Assembly: GCA_024683975.1 (NCBI GenBank)
Contig: JAIKXR010000124.1
Span: forward strand, 1 to 61,767
Source of the DNA: Paludibacteraceae bacterium
GTDB taxonomy: Bacteria; Bacteroidota; Bacteroidia; Bacteroidales; Paludibacteraceae
Length of the DNA stretch: 61,767 bases
Direction: 5' to 3'
Part shown: one piece after another, positions 57,448 through 61,767 of the stretch
Layout of the letters: the number at the start of each line of letters is the position of its first letter
Numbering within the stretch: the first letter of the stretch is position 1
Made by a program: the position numbers and the translations under genes
The notes under the pieces: generated by a model
The model's input: only the letters and a program-made list of their open reading frames with translations
Databases searched by the model: none
What the model was told of the DNA's origin: nothing

Positions 57448-58122
57448 CTACAGATTCTGCGAGGGTTTCTTCGGAAAATAACAGTACGCAGCAAGTGCAG
57501 CAAACGTATTGCATAGAAAATTCGCAATCGATTTATGGCGTGAGTATTCAACTCGCGCCATATTTTTCAGTTCGTCATTGATGGTTTCAATCAATGCTCT
57601 GGGACTCAATATGACTTTGTCCGCTTGGCTCACCAACATGTTCTTCATATTCTTCTTTAGCTTGATAATCAGTTGGATGCCTCCAATAAACAGGTTCTCA
57701 AACAACGACTGTCCGATGTAACCCTTGTCCCCGCACAACTTGCCTGTTATCTTCTCCACAAACCTCGGATTGTAGAGCGGTTTCCTGTCATCGGTATCAC
57801 CGGGACTGATTGCAAAATTGATAATCTCTCCCTTGTCGTTGATAATCAGATGCAGTTTGAAGCCGTAGAACCAGCCCATAGAGCATTTTCCTCTGGCAGC
57901 AAACCCTGCAAAGGTCTTGTGGATATGGATGCGCTGGTTCTTGCATACACGTAGGGGCGTTGAATCCACAAAGGATATTCCTGTACATTCAGCAAGCAGG
58001 CAAAATTTGACAAAGATTCCCGTTTCCTGCATCACTTCCATCTCCAGTTCCACAAAACGGTTATAGGAAACCGGTTTCGGGAACGGATGCCGGCAATGCG
58101 TGCAGATTTGTCTGCCAGTCAC
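57448..58122 (-). pseudogene. IS982-family DDE transposase, 5'-truncated
   Basis: FPKPVSYNRFVELE...FVDSTPLRVCKNQRI...GWFYGFKLHLIINDKGEI...LCGDKGYI...RALIETINDELKN matches IS982 transposases, judged from memory. About 80 N-terminal residues are missing. The truncation point abuts repeat copy 2 at 58123. Confidence 0.78.
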
Positions 58123-58332
58123 TGTATGTATGCTATTTTGAGCGGGTGAGTTGCGGATGATTCAGCAGACCGCAACGAAGGATCACAGTAAGTTCATAAA
58201 AAAATCACATCACGTATTGCATATATCTTCATTTCTTTTGTACCTTTGCCGCATGTTAATTATGCCGTCCCCTGCCGGCTGTAAAACTGCAGGGACGCTG
58301 GTTCCGACAGCGTAAAAAAGCGGAAACATAAG
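58123..58332 (+). repeat. Promoter/micro-ORF module, copy 2
   Basis: Homologous to 46645-46868. It has a TACCTTTG box at 58241-58248 and a 17-codon ORF at 58262-58315. It carries one GGGTGA unit instead of three. Confidence 0.85.
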
Positions 58333-58664
58333 AAAAGGCGTTTATTGACGCTTTGTTATTGACGGACTGAAAGCTTCGCAACCTTTTTATTGACAAGTCA
58401 GATACAAAGTAAGCAATAGATGCCTACGGGTATGACTGGTGTACCCGCACTGCCGTTTCTTTGGCAGGCGGTGTGTCATATCGGCGTAGGTTTCATTGTT
58501 GTTTATTTGACTTGTCGGCATTGCGAAGGCCTCAGTTCGTGAGTAAGCAACGAATGGGGTCTGCGCTTTTGTTTTTGCAAAAGGACCAAAAAGGACCACG
58601 CGTATATCAACAGAAAGCAGCAACTTTGCCGCCGAAAATAACAACAACCTAAAATTTTATCATT

Positions 58665-59033
58665 ATGGGACTTCTCAACAACCTGAAAGACCACTTCACG
58701 AACGCGGAGTTCGCAGTGGCACCGAACAAGAAAGTGAAAACCGTATGCGCCGACTTCAAGAAAGCCTTCGGCGTGACACTCTGCATCTACAAGGGCAACC
58801 AACTCGCCGACCCGGAGATGACGCTTGCCGCGCTCAACAAACGCACAACCAAGGATGTCAAGACACAAGGGGCGGGCGAACTGAAAATCAAGGCCTCTAT
58901 GAAAGTCGGCGAAGCCGAGAAACTCTTCGATCAGACTTTCGGACTCACCGTCCAAATCAAAGACCCCGAAGGCAAAGTATGCGTTGACAACAAACTGACC
59001 ATCGGCCAGGCCGCCCGTGGCGAAAGCAAATAA
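58665..59033 (+). CDS. Hypothetical small protein (internally duplicated ~45-aa motif)
   Basis: 122 aa. VKTVCADFKKAFGVTLCIYKG...TLAALNK resembles MKVGEAEKLFDQTFGLTVQIKD...TIGQAAR. The codon composition looks coding. Confidence 0.45.
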   Translation: MGLLNNLKDHFTNAEFAVAPNKKVKTVCADFKKAFGVTLCIYKGNQLADPEMTLAALNKRTTKDVKTQGAGELKIKASMKVGEAEKLFDQTFGLTVQIKDPEGKVCVDNKLTIGQAARGESK

Positions 59034-59149
59034 CACGCAGTCACCAACAGCGCAGTTGACAAACACGCAGTAATTAACACGCAGTCACCAACAGCGTAGC
59101 TGACTAACACGAAGTAACTAACATTCACTAAAAAACATTCACTGAATTT

Positions 59150-60106
59150 ATGCCAAGCAAAGTAAGAGTCAATGCCAAGTCCCAGAAGTGGGCGGCATTA
59201 GGAGTTATTGACGCGTACATGAAAATGTACCCCCATGCGACACTGGATGACCTGAACAAGGCGTTCCCGCGCAGTATTTTCACAGAGTCCGATCCCAATC
59301 TGCCTCTTCTGGTCACATTGGAGGAAAAGGAGAGAATGGCGGCAGCCACCAAAACGACCTTTGATGACGACCAACTGGTGGAATGGAAGAACACCCATTA
59401 CTATCTGACGACCAATGACGGGAAAGACATCGCCTTCACTGTTCCAATGTGGACAAAGGAGATGTTTGACAAAATGCTTTCCCAGGCCAAGTTGTATGAC
59501 ATCGAGTTTGCCAAATACGAAGCCGCTGAAAAGGGCTTCGGCAAGCGCGGAGAATACAGTCTGGAATATCTCAACGGCTATGTGCCGCCTGTGCCGGAAG
59601 AAAAGAAGTCAAAGGCTTGGCTCTGGATTCTTCTTGCCGCACTCGCCGTCATCGCCATCCTCGTCATCCTGCTGCTTATGAAGGGCTGCTGCAAGGAGGA
59701 GCCGCAGGTGGTAGAGGTGGAGAAGGTCGTTGTCGTCCACGACACGCTCTATGTGCAAGAGATTGAGGAGATTGAGAAGAACTTCAACGCCGCCGAGTTC
59801 ATCAAGGGCAAGGCTGACCTCTCCGAGAGTGCCAAGTTCGTGCTTCACGACCTCGCCAAGGTGATGCAGAAGAACCCGCAGGTGCGTCTGCGTCTGGAGG
59901 GACATACATCCGCTGAAGGCGATGCCGCTTTCAACCAGAAACTCAGCGAACAGCGCGCACAGGCGGCTGTTGATTTCATGATTGAGTCCGAAGGCATCGA
60001 CGCTGCCCGTCTTGAGGCTGTGGGCAAAGGCTCGTCCGAACCCAAGAACGCCGATGACCCCACCGCACCCGAAAACCGCAGAACGGAATTCATCGTTCTG
60101 GAATGA
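59150..60106 (+). CDS. OmpA/MotB-family peptidoglycan-binding protein with cytoplasmic N-domain and a single TM helix
   Basis: TM helix AWLWILLAALAVIAILVILLLM. The C-terminal OmpA-like domain reads NPQVRLRLEGHTSAEGDAAFNQKLSEQRAQAAVDFM...NRRTEFIVLE. Confidence 0.8.
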   Translation: MPSKVRVNAKSQKWAALGVIDAYMKMYPHATLDDLNKAFPRSIFTESDPNLPLLVTLEEKERMAAATKTTFDDDQLVEWKNTHYYLTTNDGKDIAFTVPMWTKEMFDKMLSQAKLYDIEFAKYEAAEKGFGKRGEYSLEYLNGYVPPVPEEKKSKAWLWILLAALAVIAILVILLLMKGCCKEEPQVVEVEKVVVVHDTLYVQEIEEIEKNFNAAEFIKGKADLSESAKFVLHDLAKVMQKNPQVRLRLEGHTSAEGDAAFNQKLSEQRAQAAVDFMIESEGIDAARLEAVGKGSSEPKNADDPTAPENRRTEFIVLE

Positions 60107-60116
60107 CTCTGATAAA

Positions 60117-60144
60117 GTCAGGCGGGCTTGACCGCCCGTCTGAC
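60117..60144 (+). repeat. GC-rich hairpin family, member 2 (probable terminator of the OmpA-like gene)
   Basis: GTCAGGCGGGC-ttgacc-GCCCGTCTGAC, 11 nt after the stop codon. No U-run follows. Confidence 0.75.
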
Positions 60145-60393
60145 CACAAACAGAATCCGCTACCCTAAGGCTACCCTTGCGCTACCCTCGCAATAAATAA
60201 GGTCAGCCAAACTGCTCAAACACAAACGACATGACTATGCATACTCACTATACGGATACTATAGGAATAGTATAGGGACAACAGCAGGTTCTGCTCTCGC
60301 GGCTAACCAGCGAGCAAAAAAAACAGAAATTACAACCAACACGCAATAACTAACATTCACTCATAAACATTCACTAACCAACATTCACTTACT

Positions 60394-60774
60394 ATGGCAA
60401 AGAAATCAGCTATTTCGGGTGAGTATCTCATCCAAGTGGAAGACAACGGCAGCATCGTTGTTTATCGTATTTTCGACAATGTGAAGGCTTCGCTTCGCGA
60501 GGCTGCGGAAACCAAAGGCTTCGCCTATGATGAGAAATGGAACACCCGCCAGTTCGGAAAGAACCTCTGCAAGGAGTACGGCGATGGCGTTTCAGCAACC
60601 ATCGGCAACTATGTCATTCGTGTGAAGGCGGACGGAGGTATCGAGACCTACCGCACCTACGACAACACGAAAGCTGCGCTCCGCGAGATTGCTGACAAGA
60701 CAGGCTTCGTTTACGATGACAACTGGACAACCCGCCAGTTCGGAAGCAAACTTGTGGACGCTCTGGATAAATAA
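60394..60774 (+). CDS. Hypothetical protein made of two tandem ~55-aa domains
   Basis: GEYLIQVEDNGSIVVYRIFDNVKASLREAAETKGFAYDEKWNTRQFGKNL resembles GNYVIRVKADGGIETYRTYDNTKAALREIADKTGFVYDDNWTTRQFGSKL. Confidence 0.5.
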   Translation: MAKKSAISGEYLIQVEDNGSIVVYRIFDNVKASLREAAETKGFAYDEKWNTRQFGKNLCKEYGDGVSATIGNYVIRVKADGGIETYRTYDNTKAALREIADKTGFVYDDNWTTRQFGSKLVDALDK

Positions 60775-60863
60775 GTTAATCAAACTGATTAAATCATTAT
60801 CAAAAATGGAGTAAGCAGAAAATCCCAAAAAGAGTATGCAAAACAATTAAATTTATTTTTATT

Positions 60864-61136
60864 ATGAGTTATTCAAAAATTAGAGTTTATTATTATGGCG
60901 ATGGAATTAGTCTTGATGGAACAAATACTCGCCAAGGTGTAGAGAAGAAAATCACAATCACGCTTCCTAAAAAAGTTGTTGAGTATGGAGATAGATATGG
61001 TTATGGCAGCTTAAGTATTAGTTATTCAGGAGACCATATCATTATCAGAGGAGGTGGTGATACTTTGATGGATCAAGATTTTAACGGAGCCAGCAAAGAA
61101 TATATTACTAGAATTACTCGTTACGAGTGGTTGTAA
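60864..61136 (+). CDS. Hypothetical small protein
   Basis: 90-aa AT-rich ORF, followed 10 nt later by hairpin family member 3. Confidence 0.35.
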   Translation: MSYSKIRVYYYGDGISLDGTNTRQGVEKKITITLPKKVVEYGDRYGYGSLSISYSGDHIIIRGGGDTLMDQDFNGASKEYITRITRYEWL

Positions 61137-61146
61137 ACTTCTCAAA

Positions 61147-61174
61147 GGCAGGCGGGCTTGACCGCCCATCTGCC
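61147..61174 (+). repeat. GC-rich hairpin family, member 3
   Basis: GGCAGGCGGGC-ttgacc-GCCCATCTGCC. The outer stem carries a compensatory change relative to member 2 (GTCAG/CTGAC to GGCAG/CTGCC). Confidence 0.75.
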
Positions 61175-61192
61175 AACAAAACAGAATGAAAT

Positions 61193-61767
61193 ATGATAAA
61201 CTTCAGTAAAGAAATTGAGAAGTGCTTGAATAATGTGCACAACACAAACAACAAAGAGCAAAATTTTCAAGGTCGCTTGTATGCCCATTTTCTGCCGTTT
61301 GAGAAGGAAGGCTATGTTGTAGAAATGGAAACGAGTGTCAATGATGAGCATCTGAAACCTATTCTCAAGAAACGGATGAATGTCAAAGACGAAAATGATT
61401 TTAAGAAGGCCGATTTCAAAAAAATAGAGATTGACATGCTGGTTTACAAAAAGGATTATTCCGAAATGTATGCCGCAGAACTCAAATGGATATACAACCG
61501 TACAACTGGCTGGAATGTGGTTGACCATTTAGAGGAGTTCAAGGATGATGCTGTCTTTTGTCACCAGTTGGTTGAGAAGGCTCATTTTGATGAGACTTGC
61601 AGCGTGGTGGTATATGACTTTAACCGCAAAAAACAAGTTCGGCGCTATAGCCCCAAAAACAAGGAAACCATTCAAGAGAAACTGGATTTCTTAGGAGGAA
61701 GTTATCCCGCGACAGATCATGGCAGTATCATATCCGATGAACAGGGCGGGAAAACAAACTTTGAATG
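61193..61767 (+). CDS. Hypothetical protein, 3'-partial, possible PD-(D/E)xK fold
   Basis: ATG at 61193. I translated it by hand and it stays open to the window end (191+ aa), so it is absent from the ORF track. KKIEIDMLVY...YAAELKW looks like a D...E.K nuclease motif. Confidence 0.45.
   Translation, partial: MINFSKEIEKCLNNVHNTNNKEQNFQGRLYAHFLPFEKEGYVVEMETSVNDEHLKPILKKRMNVKDENDFKKADFKKIEIDMLVYKKDYSEMYAAELKWIYNRTTGWNVVDHLEEFKDDAVFCHQLVEKAHFDETCSVVVYDFNRKKQVRRYSPKNKETIQEKLDFLGGSYPATDHGSIISDEQGGKTNFE

Noticed and set aside
58503-59066. 187-aa minus-strand ORF
   Set aside because: It is antisense to the 58665..59033 ORF and extends into the structured untranslated region. I slightly prefer the plus-strand gene because it has a paralogous A/C-rich leader and internal domain duplication. 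Confidence is modest.
61142-61528. 128-aa minus-strand ORF
   Set aside because: It is hydrophobic with junk-like composition. The plus strand carries a longer open frame (61193 to the window end) with a plausible charged composition, preceded by a hairpin.

Overview
A 61.8-kb chromosomal segment that looks Bacteroidales (Bacteroidota). The evidence is TAnnTTTG -7 promoter boxes, no Shine-Dalgarno sequences, the complete Bat aerotolerance cluster, BspA-type LRR proteins and a T9SS C-terminal sorting domain. Bases 1-46,450 are mostly core genes: moxR-DUF58-batABCDE, rplU-rpmA-serS, lysS-gpsA-pgi-fabG, ribF, a TrpB2-like gene, secA followed directly by rhaBATD, two dipeptidases, ddh, recN and rpmE2/rplI-rpsR-rpsF. 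A small accessory patch at 1-6,250 holds two BspA-like LRR genes and a YoeB toxin-antitoxin pair. From about 46,460 to the window end lies a mosaic accessory island.

The main finding is a 1286-aa type IIG (Eco57I/MmeI-like) restriction-modification ORF at 47338-51198. Five sites within it carry 11 copies of a 23-nt REP-like hairpin, plus a complete REP-associated tyrosine transposase (RAYT, IS200/IS605 Y1 family). Every insertion preserves the reading frame, every REP copy sits in the same codon phase, and the RAYT has no stop codon of its own.

Other notable points:
- a Trp-Trp-Trp leader peptide with a terminator upstream of the TrpB2-like gene;
- a promoter module present three times, two copies carrying a conserved micro-ORF;
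- a 233-bp direct repeat flanking a 3.2-kb cassette of uncharacterised genes, one of them a PD-(D/E)xK fusion protein;
- a truncated IS982 and a truncated ion-channel gene;
- a small-gene family with paralogous leaders and shared hairpins.

I recognised no rRNA, tRNA or CRISPR array. Everything was done by eye, so no database search or folding calculation was run.
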